Of a stretch of 64,000 bases of DNA, positions 20,468-29,457 are shown piece by piece. The DNA is from Pseudomonadota bacterium. Lineage in GTDB: Bacteria > Desulfobacterota > Desulfobacteria > Desulfobacterales > RPRI01. Where the stretch lies: NCBI GenBank assembly GCA_043825875.1, contig JBDRRF010000079.1:32001-96000 (forward strand). Direction: 5' to 3'. The notes beneath the pieces are model-generated. The model did no database searches. It was given only the letters and a program-made list of their open reading frames with translations, and was not told where the DNA came from. The position numbers were made by a program, and so were the translations under genes. The number at the start of each line of letters is the position of its first letter. Within the stretch, counting starts at the first letter, position 1.

Positions 20468-21691
20468 TTACTTCAATTTTTGGCATATTATTGAAGCATT
20501 GATTCCTCCGAAAGCAAAACAATTTTTAACTATTACATCAATCTTTCTTGTTAATTTTTCAGTTACATGGAAAATACCATCACATTCAGGGCTAACTGTT
20601 TCAAGATTTAATGTGGGATATATACATCCTTTTTCCATCATAATAAGTGATGCTATTAACTCAATTGAGCCGGATGCTCCCAGAGTATGCCCCATATATC
20701 CTTTAAGGCTGCTTACGGGAATATGATCTCCAAATACTTCTTTTATGGCTTCAGCTTCTTCCTTATCTCCATTTAGAGTAGCTGTTGCATGGGCGTTTAT
20801 ATAATCGACTTCACCGGCTTTAATTTTAGCTTCTTTTAGTGTTTGCTTAAAACAGGCTACCATTGAATCCTTGTTGGATTTACTTATATGTACTCCGCTT
20901 CCGCATGTATGATAGCCGGTAATTTCAGCATAAATTTTGGCATTTCTTTTTAATGCATGTTCATATTCTTCAACAAGAAGAATACCACTTCCTTCTCCGC
21001 AAACAAGACCATCTCTTTTTACATCAAAAGGACGGGGCGTTTTATGGGGTTCATTATTGTATCCGGCTGATGTAGCAAAAAGGATATCGAAAGAACCGGT
21101 AACGGTCGGGTGAAGATCTTCTGCTCCACCACATAATACTGCATCCTGTTTTCCGAGTCTTATAAGATCATAAGCAGCACCTATAGCCTGAAGAGCCGAA
21201 GCACATGCCGCCGATGTTGCAAGAACATAGCCTGTAATTCCCAGATACTGTGCTGTATTCATTGCAGCTGTATGGGAGATACATTGAAAAAACTTCATTG
21301 AAGAAAGTTTTGTAAGATCTTTATCGGGAATCATAATTTCAAAAGTATCATTAATACTTTCAGCACTTCCCATGGTAGACCCAATTATGCATCCCAGGCG
21401 ACCTGATGAAAGCAGTTTACGGTCTATACCTGCATCCAAAAGAGCCTGTTCGGCAGCCTGAACCGAAAATATGCTCATTCTTCCCATTGATCTTCTGCTT
21501 GAACGTGGGATAGCCTTTTCATTTACCATCTTTGCAGGTGCCCCCACAAGACTTCTCAAGCCTATATATTTATCCCAACCATCCATGTAACGAACGCCGC
21601 TTTTTCCGGCCTCAATACCGCTGATCATGGCCTGTACATCAGTGCCCAATGGAGAAACAGCTCCTATACCGGTAATAACAACTCTTTTCAA
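20468..21691 (-). CDS. beta-ketoacyl-ACP synthase (FabF/ApeR-like)
   Basis: SAACAS, NAHATAT, GHTLG, FAFGGIN. Confidence 0.93.
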   Translation of the reverse strand: MKRVVITGIGAVSPLGTDVQAMISGIEAGKSGVRYMDGWDKYIGLRSLVGAPAKMVNEKAIPRSSRRSMGRMSIFSVQAAEQALLDAGIDRKLLSSGRLGCIIGSTMGSAESINDTFEIMIPDKDLTKLSSMKFFQCISHTAAMNTAQYLGITGYVLATSAACASALQAIGAAYDLIRLGKQDAVLCGGAEDLHPTVTGSFDILFATSAGYNNEPHKTPRPFDVKRDGLVCGEGSGILLVEEYEHALKRNAKIYAEITGYHTCGSGVHISKSNKDSMVACFKQTLKEAKIKAGEVDYINAHATATLNGDKEEAEAIKEVFGDHIPVSSLKGYMGHTLGASGSIELIASLIMMEKGCIYPTLNLETVSPECDGIFHVTEKLTRKIDVIVKNCFAFGGINASIICQKLK

Positions 21692-23193
21692 CTTTCAAGC
21701 CTTTTTTTAATAAAATCAATATATAAATCTTTTCCGACAACGCTGCGTCCTATTATAAAAGACGAAAGCATAGCACCTACAATTCCGGGAAGCACCGCAC
21801 TTTGCCCGGCTGCATAAACATTTCGTATAGGAAGTTTTCCGAAAAGATTAAACTGCCCGATTTTCTGTTTTATTCCGTATGCAGAACCATCGGGCGAATT
21901 AAGATAATCCTTAAAGGTCAGCATTGATGCCGCATCTAATACCTTGAAAGAATCTTTATATTCCGGGTAAACCATAAATATTCTTTTCATTATGTTTTCA
22001 ATGCGGTCTTTCTTATATTCCTGATATGCTTTAGGACGTTTGCCCAGTTTGGAATCTTTCCAGTCCCTGACATGCTCTGTAAAAGAAAGCTCAAGAGCAG
22101 AAACAACCATATGCTTTTTCCCGTTCACTGTTTCCTGATTCTTCAATATAACAAGAGCCGGATTGCCGGAATATAAGGGATCTATAATCCGATTCATATC
22201 AGTGGTTGAAAAAACCGATAGAATGGTAGGTTCAGAGTCTCTGTCCGTGGGAATGTAATTTTGTACTACTCCAAACAAAGCAAAAAAGCCGGCTGACGAT
22301 TCAAAGGCATTCACCCTATTTATAAATGCTTTCGTAAGATGTTTTTTGGGAAGAACATCTAAAATTGCAGCGGGATGTATAGTAAAAACACATCGGTCTG
22401 CAATAATTTCTTCGCCGGTATTTAACACAAATCTTCCAGCAATATTGTTATTTACATCTGCACATTCTGAAATACAGCTTTCAGTACGTATATCAATATC
22501 ATAATCGATAAACCGCTTTTTAAAAGCCCTGATAAAAGCATCCCCCCCGTCTTTTACCCTTGCAACAGATTCATAAAGCCCGAAACTTACCCTGCTGTGA
22601 TTTGCAAAAGATATTTCCGAAGGTTTTACTCCATAGCACATACAGTATTTTGAAAGCAGTCCTTTAAGCCTGTTATTTTCCGTAAGCTTATTTAATACCT
22701 CCTCTAAGCTGATATAATCTTCATCAATCCAGTGGTGGGAAAGTGAAATATTTCGCAAGTCAAGCGACACTGTTTTGTTGCAGACTTTTAAAATCATATC
22801 GAAATATTGATCAATAGCCTTTTTCTCTCCCGGAAAATACTCTATCATTCTTGCTTTTTTTTCGTCATAGCCAAATGGAAAATCATAAACCGAATTGTCT
22901 TCTTCAAATATTAATCTGATTCCATCATCTTTGGTTATGAATATAGGCTGAATCTGATCTCTTATTCCAAGAACAGCAAGCATGTCAGACAGAATTCCGT
23001 TTTTATAAAATCCTCCCGTAAAGTGAAAGCCGGTATCAAGCGGTATTCCCTGTTTATAAAACCTGGCCATTGAACCGCCGATATTTTTGCTTTTTTCAAG
23101 AAGCAGTACTCGATGACCGTTCATCCCAAGCAAAAGTGCAAGGGTCATCCCGCTTATTCCGCTTCCAACAACAATATCGTCATATTTCTTCAT
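21688..23193 (-). CDS. phytoene dehydrogenase-like NAD(P)/FAD oxidoreductase
   Basis: GSGISG, DTGFHFTG, TFKDYLNSPDGSAYG, PGIVGAM. Confidence 0.85.
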   Translation of the reverse strand: MKKYDDIVVGSGISGMTLALLLGMNGHRVLLLEKSKNIGGSMARFYKQGIPLDTGFHFTGGFYKNGILSDMLAVLGIRDQIQPIFITKDDGIRLIFEEDNSVYDFPFGYDEKKARMIEYFPGEKKAIDQYFDMILKVCNKTVSLDLRNISLSHHWIDEDYISLEEVLNKLTENNRLKGLLSKYCMCYGVKPSEISFANHSRVSFGLYESVARVKDGGDAFIRAFKKRFIDYDIDIRTESCISECADVNNNIAGRFVLNTGEEIIADRCVFTIHPAAILDVLPKKHLTKAFINRVNAFESSAGFFALFGVVQNYIPTDRDSEPTILSVFSTTDMNRIIDPLYSGNPALVILKNQETVNGKKHMVVSALELSFTEHVRDWKDSKLGKRPKAYQEYKKDRIENIMKRIFMVYPEYKDSFKVLDAASMLTFKDYLNSPDGSAYGIKQKIGQFNLFGKLPIRNVYAAGQSAVLPGIVGAMLSSFIIGRSVVGKDLYIDFIKKRLES

Positions 23194-23213
23194 TCAATAT
23201 GTTTCCGTAAGTT

Positions 23214-23948
23214 TTATATTGCAAGGCCGCCATTAATACCTATAACCTGACCGTGAATATACATATTTTCTTCGGTGCATAAAAAATTTACTACTGATGC
23301 CACATCTTCTGGCTTCCCAAACCTGTTAATCGGAATAAGGGGCAGCAATTTATTTTTATCTAAAGATTCAACCATATCAGTTAAAATAAGTCCTGGGGCC
23401 ACAGCATTGACAAAAATATTTCTTTTCCCGATTTCCCTTGCAAGCGCTTTAACAGCTCCTATTAATCCTGCTTTTGAAGCCGAGTAATTTACCTGGCCTG
23501 CCTGTCCGATTTGTCCTGAAGTTGATGAAACAACTATAATACGCCCTCTTTTTTCCCGCAGCATTGGAAAAAGCACTGTGTTTATAACATTATAAAACCC
23601 ATCAAGATTTACAGAAAGGACGGAATCCCATTCTTCTTTTGTCATCCAGACCATCAGATTATCTCTTGATATTCCCGAATTGAACACAACTACATGGGGG
23701 GGATGTTCATCCGACTTTTTTTCAAGAGCGGCTTTTGTGGCATCATGGTCGGAAATATCAAATGCACTGATTTCGCATTTTTTACCTATAGTTTCTATCT
23801 CAGATTTTACCTTATTTGCCGCTTCATGATTGCTTTGATAGGTTAACCAGATATCAAACCCGGATTGCGCAAGACGAAGAGCAATTGCACGTCCAATTCC
23901 CCTGCTTCCACCTATAACAAGAGCTGTTTTCCCATTAGATTCTTTCAT
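23214..23948 (-). CDS. fabG: 3-oxoacyl-ACP reductase
   Basis: GGSRGIG, NYSASKAG, NAVAPGLI. Confidence 0.9.
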   Translation of the reverse strand: MKESNGKTALVIGGSRGIGRAIALRLAQSGFDIWLTYQSNHEAANKVKSEIETIGKKCEISAFDISDHDATKAALEKKSDEHPPHVVVFNSGISRDNLMVWMTKEEWDSVLSVNLDGFYNVINTVLFPMLREKRGRIIVVSSTSGQIGQAGQVNYSASKAGLIGAVKALAREIGKRNIFVNAVAPGLILTDMVESLDKNKLLPLIPINRFGKPEDVASVVNFLCTEENMYIHGQVIGINGGLAI

Positions 23949-24330
23949 CTGCTAATACCATCCCTTAATACGCCAATCGCTATTGATCTTTGAAATATAC
24001 AATAAATACAATTTGTACAGATTATTCATAGTAAGTATTTATTATATCCTGTAAAGCAGAGTTGCAATATGATTAAAAGTTTTATTTAATATAAGTTATT
24101 ACAGAAATCGTCAATATAATAGTTCGGCTGTAAAAGCTGAAATGCCGGATACAATATTTACATTTCTTTATTATTTTAAAATGTTATAAATATAGCACAG
24201 TTATTATTAGGAAGGAATATTTACCGTAATGTGGTTTAGCTGGTTAATCAGTTCATTCAGATTTTATATCGTATCAAGAAATTATTTGCTTTAATGCTTA
24301 TTTTAGCTATGATAAAAAAATGCTTATTTA

Positions 24331-24359
24331 TTGACAACAATAAAATTGTTGATTAAAGT
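24331..24359 (+). promoter_or_regulatory. sigma70-type promoter for the Crp-family gene, with a palindrome in the spacer
   Basis: TTGACA-17-TAAAGT; CAACAAT-aaa-ATTGTTG inverted repeat at 24335-24351. Confidence 0.45.
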
Positions 24360-24423
24360 CGATATATTAGTTTATGGTGTTTTTTGTTAATTTGCCTCTT
24401 TCATTTTTGCCAAATAATATTTA

Positions 24424-25098
24424 TTGGAACTATCAAAAGTGCAACACACAAACATATTAAAAAATATACCGATTTTTTCCTGCCTTGATGAGGATGAACT
24501 TTTTGAACTTACAAGAGTAGCAAACAAAAAGGTATTTCCTAAAAATTCTCTTTTGATTAATGAAGGTGACAAAACCGATTCTCTTTATATTATTACAAAC
24601 GGCAAAGTAAAAGCAGTTATTACAGATGAAAACGGGAAAGAGGTTATACTTTCGATTTTCGGACCCGGAGAATATTTTGGTGAGCTAGCCTTCATAGATG
24701 GTGAAGATAGATCAGCCAGCATAATTACCAGGGAACCCACAGAAGTTTTGATCATATCAAGAGAAGGCATCAGAGATATTTTAGCTTCAAATCCAAATCT
24801 TGCATTTAATTTGCTGATCGGGGTTGTAACAAGGCTTCGCGAAGCTAATAAACAAATAGAAAGCCTTGCTCTTATGGATGTATACGGCCGTGTGGCAAGA
24901 CTTCTTGTCCATCTTGCCAAACCCCTTGGCAAGAAACTATGTATTGAAGAAAAGCTTACTCACCAGGAAATTGCAAACATGACCGGCTCTTCAAGAGAAA
25001 TGGTCAGCCGTATTTTTAAAGATCTTGTATATGGCGGATATATAATCGTAAAAAACAAGCAGATTACTTTAAATAAACAGCTTCCGTATTCCTGGTAA
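24424..25098 (+). CDS. Crp/Fnr family transcriptional regulator (cNMP-binding)
   Basis: YFGELAFID..RSAS cNMP motif; THQEIANMTGSSREMVSR HTH. Confidence 0.92.
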   Translation: MELSKVQHTNILKNIPIFSCLDEDELFELTRVANKKVFPKNSLLINEGDKTDSLYIITNGKVKAVITDENGKEVILSIFGPGEYFGELAFIDGEDRSASIITREPTEVLIISREGIRDILASNPNLAFNLLIGVVTRLREANKQIESLALMDVYGRVARLLVHLAKPLGKKLCIEEKLTHQEIANMTGSSREMVSRIFKDLVYGGYIIVKNKQITLNKQLPYSW

Positions 25099-25160
25099 TC
25101 ATTCATATCCGGTATTTAATTCTTTTGATTCACGCCAATAATTAATCACTTTGCCAAAAG

Positions 25161-25304
25161 TTATAAAAAGTCCCCAAACCGTCATACCGGCGAAAGCCTG
25201 TATCCGGAACATATTGAGATCACTGGATTCCGGATCGGGTCCGGCATGACGAAACAGGCATTTTCCGACTTTTTACGGGATCATCACTTTTTACGAAATT
25301 GTCA
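25161..25304. repeat. REP-like palindromic element within MITE-like ends
   Basis: CGTCATACCGGCGAAAGCCTGTATCC...CTGGATTCCGGATCGGGTCCGGCATGACG (25180-25251), flanked by TAAAAAGTC / GACTTTTTAC; right end partly duplicated. Confidence 0.75.
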
Positions 25305-25497
25305 CTTTTTATTTTCACATCAATATTTATCATGATTGACACCTGCATTTTTCTCGTGTTACTAATTAAAAATTATTAAAATGCTAAAAGCTGCAAACTC
25401 TTTTATTGCTGCAAATTCAGGCAGTAATGGTTTTGAATAACTTACAGTTGTCACATCGGAGGTTATTTTAAAACCTCGTTGCTATAAGGTTGTTACT

Positions 25498-26301
25498 ATG
25501 TCGCAATTCTCTGTTTTAATAAATCCAATTACTGCTCTTGGAAAATGGATAATATTCATAGTCCAGGAAATGGGGCGAATAGCAATTTTCTTTTTCAAGA
25601 GTTTTTATTTGATGTTTTCCCGCCCTTTTCAAATAAAAAAGATTCTTCAGCAAATACATTTTATCGGAGCAAAATCCGTATTTGTAATATGTCTTACAGG
25701 GGCTTTTACAGGTATGGTTCTTGGCCTGCAAGGTTATCATACACTAGTAAAATTCGGCTCATCAGGATTTCTAGGCGCAGTTGTTGCTCTTTCACTTATC
25801 AGGGAGCTTGGCCCGGTACTCGCAGCCATTATGGTTACAGGAAGAGCTGGCTCTGCGATAGCTGCAGAAGTTGGCATAATGCGTATATCGGAAGAAATTG
25901 ATGCTCTTGATACAATGGACATCAATCCTCTGCGGTTTCTAGTAAGCCCCAAGCTGGCTGCTGCGCTGATAAGCATGCCGCTTCTTACTGCCCTTTTTGA
26001 TGTTATCGGTATTATCGGCGGATATATTTCGGGTTCCCTTCTGCTCGGTGTAAGCGGCAGTATATACTTTGCGCGCATAGAAACAAGTGTTGTGATGGCG
26101 GATGTAACCGGAGGTTTTATCAAATCTTTAGTTTTTGCGGCTGTTATTGTAACAATATGCTGTTTTCAGGGTTATTATACACATACCAGAAGTGAAGGTT
26201 TCGGCGCAAAAGGCGTCAGCCTTTCTACTACTTCAGCTGTTGTAATTTCCTGTGTCATTATTCTTATAACTGATTATGCATTAACATCATTACTGCTGTA
26301 G
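25498..26301 (+). CDS. mlaE: Mla ABC permease
   Basis: IRELGPVL..GRAGSAIAAEVGIMRISEEIDAL. Confidence 0.93.
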   Translation: MSQFSVLINPITALGKWIIFIVQEMGRIAIFFFKSFYLMFSRPFQIKKILQQIHFIGAKSVFVICLTGAFTGMVLGLQGYHTLVKFGSSGFLGAVVALSLIRELGPVLAAIMVTGRAGSAIAAEVGIMRISEEIDALDTMDINPLRFLVSPKLAAALISMPLLTALFDVIGIIGGYISGSLLLGVSGSIYFARIETSVVMADVTGGFIKSLVFAAVIVTICCFQGYYTHTRSEGFGAKGVSLSTTSAVVISCVIILITDYALTSLLL

Positions 26302-26306
26302 GGTTT

Positions 26307-27053
26307 ATGAAAGATCCTTTTATTCAATTCAAGAACGTTTATAAGAGCTTTGGTGAAAACCATGTTTTGACGGGTGCCGATCTCAGTATTTATAAAGGTG
26401 AAATCACAACCATTATAGGTAAAAGCGGAGGTGGGAAAAGCGTACTTTTAAAACATATAATAGGACTTCTTGAGCAGGATTCGGGGGCCATACTGTTTGA
26501 GGGTCGCCCTCTCTCGGATATGAAAAAAGCCGAAAAAAAAGCCTTAAAAAGAAAATGCAGTTATATGTTTCAGGGAACAGCTCTTTTTGACTCTTTAACC
26601 ATATATGAAAATATAGCCCTTCCGCTTAAAGAAACAACCCGTTTATCCGATTCCGAAATAAACAAACGGGTAAAAGATAAAATGGATCAGCTGGATCTTA
26701 ACGATATAGATGAAAAGTATCCTTCACAGCTTTCCGGAGGAATGAAAAAAAGAGTAGCTCTTGCAAGAGCTCTTGTAACAGATCCGGAAACTGTTTTATT
26801 CGATGAACCAACTACCGGGTTAGATCCTATCCGTAAAAAATCGGTACATGAGATGATATCGGATTATCAAAAGAAATTCGGGTTTACCGGAGTTGTGGTA
26901 AGTCATGACATACCTGATATTTTTCATATTTCACAACGGGTCGCAATGTTAAATGAAGGTCGCATACTTTTTGAGGGAAGCCCCGAAAATTTGGGTCAGT
27001 CCTCGGATCCTGCAGTTAAGGAATTTATCCAGGGACTTTATACCGGAAAATGA
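26307..27053 (+). CDS. mlaF: Mla ABC ATPase
   Basis: GKSGGGKS, LSGGMKKRVALARA, DEPTTGLDP. Confidence 0.92.
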   Translation: MKDPFIQFKNVYKSFGENHVLTGADLSIYKGEITTIIGKSGGGKSVLLKHIIGLLEQDSGAILFEGRPLSDMKKAEKKALKRKCSYMFQGTALFDSLTIYENIALPLKETTRLSDSEINKRVKDKMDQLDLNDIDEKYPSQLSGGMKKRVALARALVTDPETVLFDEPTTGLDPIRKKSVHEMISDYQKKFGFTGVVVSHDIPDIFHISQRVAMLNEGRILFEGSPENLGQSSDPAVKEFIQGLYTGK

Positions 27054-27112
27054 TAATGGATGCATCCATAAGAAACAATAAAATATATTTAAGCTCTTGA
27101 GTTGGAGGAAAT

Positions 27113-27559
27113 GTGAAGAGAAAATCAATAGAAACATCGGTTGGAATATTTTTTTTACTCGGACTCATATGTGTGGGATATCTTACAATCAAGCTTGGAA
27201 AAATGGAGTTGCTAAGTGACAACAATTATCCGGTCTACGCTAAATTCAACTCCGTTTCAGGACTTAAAAAAGGCTCCCAGGTTGAGATGGCAGGCGTCAA
27301 AATCGGCACCATTGATTCCATTTCTCTGAGTAAAAAAGATGCCAGAGCACTTGTTAAAATTAAAATAGCTAATGGGATTGTTTTAACAGATGATGTTATT
27401 GCTTCGATTAAAACATCCGGATTGATCGGAGATAAATATATCAAGATCTCTCCAGGTGGTTCCGATATAGTTCTTAAATCAGGTGATACCATTACCGAAA
27501 CGGAATCAGCCGTTGATATTGAAGAGCTTATAAGCAAGTATGTTTTTGGCGGCGTTTAA
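27113..27559 (+). CDS. mlaD: MCE-domain lipid-binding protein
   Basis: GLKKGSQVEMAGVKIG, TSGLIGDKYI. Confidence 0.93.
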   Translation: MKRKSIETSVGIFFLLGLICVGYLTIKLGKMELLSDNNYPVYAKFNSVSGLKKGSQVEMAGVKIGTIDSISLSKKDARALVKIKIANGIVLTDDVIASIKTSGLIGDKYIKISPGGSDIVLKSGDTITETESAVDIEELISKYVFGGV

Positions 27560-27590
27560 CAATAAGAGCCAATTTTAATAGGAGAAATGC

Positions 27591-28199
27591 GTGAAAAAAA
27601 TAATAGTTTTTACAATATTAATGATTTTTACTTTTGTTACACTTTCATTTTCTTCCGGCTTAAGCCCTTTAGATTCGCTTAAAGGTCCTGTTGATGAAGG
27701 TTTAAGCCTGTTAAAAGATCCAAAATACAAAGATGAATCTCAAAAAAAAGCCCAGCGTGAAAAAATGTGGGAAATAATTCGCAAAGCCTTTGACTTTAGA
27801 GAGCTTGGGGGTCGGGCACTTGCAGTAAACTATAGAAAATTTTCTCCCCAGCAAAGAAAAGAATTCACCGAAGTTTTTGCAGAAGTCCTGGGCAATGCAT
27901 ATCTTGATAAGATTCAAACAGGATACAGCAATGAAAAAGTAGCATATATTGATCAGGAATTTGTGACAGATAACAAGGCGGTTGTGAAAACAAAAATAAT
28001 ACAGGAAAATAAAGAAATCGCAGTTGACTACAGCATGAAGCTTATCAATAATGAATGGAAAGCATATGATATCAAAATCGAGGGCGTAAGCCTGGTTCAA
28101 AATTACAGGTCTCAGTTCAATGAAATTTTGTCAAAGGAAACCCCGGATGAACTTATAAAACGGCTCAACAAAAAGCTTAAAGACCAGGAAAAGAGTTAA
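27591..28199 (+). CDS. mlaC: periplasmic phospholipid-binding protein
   Basis: WKAYDIKIEGVSLVQNYRSQF. Confidence 0.9.
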   Translation: MKKIIVFTILMIFTFVTLSFSSGLSPLDSLKGPVDEGLSLLKDPKYKDESQKKAQREKMWEIIRKAFDFRELGGRALAVNYRKFSPQQRKEFTEVFAEVLGNAYLDKIQTGYSNEKVAYIDQEFVTDNKAVVKTKIIQENKEIAVDYSMKLINNEWKAYDIKIEGVSLVQNYRSQFNEILSKETPDELIKRLNKKLKDQEKS

Positions 28200-28207
28200 A
28201 AAATATT

Positions 28208-29059
28208 ATGAACAAATTACCAGCCATTATTGCTTTTACCGTGCTTTTTTTCTCTGCTAATTCTCTAATTGCATACGATCCAGATATCTGGTCATCTCCG
28301 GAATATGGCCACAAGACAATTTTAATTGCTTCCGAATCGGATAATTCCTATCAGGATTTTTTAGATGATGAGCCGGATTTTTTAAAAGAAGAACTCGAAC
28401 GGCAAGAAGAGACCATAACTATTGCCGATCCTTTGTATTATTGGAATTTTTCCATGTATTATTTTAATGACAAAATGTATTTCTGGGCTTTAAAGCCAGC
28501 CTCAGAAGCTTACCGTGCTATAACTCCAGCTATTGTAAGAACCGGGGTAGATAACTTTTTTTATAATATTAAAATGCCCATTCGTTTTGTAAATTGTATC
28601 CTGCAGGGTAGAATAGTAATCGCAGGCCATGAGCTTTTAAGATTTATGATAAACAGTACCCAGGGAATTTTAGGTTTTGATGACCCTGCAAATGATTATA
28701 CATGGCTAAAAGAAGGAAAGGAAGACCTGGGACGGACTTTTGCTGTGTATGGAATAGGCGACGGAATATATCTTGTCTGGCCTTTTTTCGGCCCTTCTAC
28801 CCTTAAAGATTCTTTCGGTATGTTTGGAGATAGATTCTTAAACCCTGTTTCATATCTTGAACCAATTGAACTGTCACTTTGTGTTACAGGTTACCAAACC
28901 CTTAACAAAACATCTTTCAAGATTGGAGATTATGAAGCATTCAAAAAAGCTTCTCTTGATCCATATGAGGGTTTAAAAAACGCTTATATCCAGAATCGCA
29001 GGAAAAATATTAATGAATCTCCGCTGAATATGCTTTCCGAAGACTTGCTGGAATGGTAA
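28208..29059 (+). CDS. mlaA: VacJ/MlaA family protein
   Basis: DPL..WN..FND, RFMINST, EDLGRT, GPSTLKD. Confidence 0.9.
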   Translation: MNKLPAIIAFTVLFFSANSLIAYDPDIWSSPEYGHKTILIASESDNSYQDFLDDEPDFLKEELERQEETITIADPLYYWNFSMYYFNDKMYFWALKPASEAYRAITPAIVRTGVDNFFYNIKMPIRFVNCILQGRIVIAGHELLRFMINSTQGILGFDDPANDYTWLKEGKEDLGRTFAVYGIGDGIYLVWPFFGPSTLKDSFGMFGDRFLNPVSYLEPIELSLCVTGYQTLNKTSFKIGDYEAFKKASLDPYEGLKNAYIQNRRKNINESPLNMLSEDLLEW

Positions 29060-29064
29060 AATAA

Positions 29065-29289
29065 TTACTGGTTCCCTAACCCGTTCTGACCTCCACAGTC
29101 AGGGCACTGCCAGGTAATTCCATTACATGACATTCCCCAGAAATTTTCTTCCATGCAGACCTGGCATATGGTGAAACCACACCTGCACCTCCAGCAAAAA
29201 GGAGCTTCCTGTTTGCAGCAGTAACAATTGCTTTCTTTTGCCTTGCGGCGTTTTTCTCTGTATGTTAGTTTAGTCGGATTATTTGTCAT
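29065..29289 (-). CDS. small cysteine-rich putative zinc-finger protein
   Basis: 74 aa with 11 Cys in CxxC-like pairs and a basic N-terminus. Confidence 0.65.
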   Translation of the reverse strand: MTNNPTKLTYREKRRKAKESNCYCCKQEAPFCWRCRCGFTICQVCMEENFWGMSCNGITWQCPDCGGQNGLGNQ

Positions 29290-29302
29290 AGTTATAAAAA
29301 AT

Positions 29303-29407
29303 AGGGTTCAAGGTTTCCAGGGTTCGAGGGTTCAAGTGAGGATTCAGGTGATCAAATATACCTTTTTTTTTCGCTCGAACCCTTGACCACTCGAATCCTT
29401 GAACCCT
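29303..29407. repeat. inverted array of octamer repeats
   Basis: AGGGTTCA AGGTTTCC AGGGTTCG AGGGTTCA ... CTCGAACC CTTGACCA CTCGAATC CTTGAACC. Confidence 0.78.
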
Positions 29408-29457
29408 TAAACTATTACAGCAACAGCGCCCTGTCAAGGTGCTTTGGAGCCTTATAA

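Noticed and set aside
24182..24197. Crp-like site TGTTA-N6-TAGCA
   Set aside because: Several mismatches to TGTGA-N6-TCACA in a very AT-rich region.
29303..29407. Possible CRISPR array in the short repeats
   Set aside because: Units are 8 bp, tandem and inverted, with no unique spacers and no cas genes.
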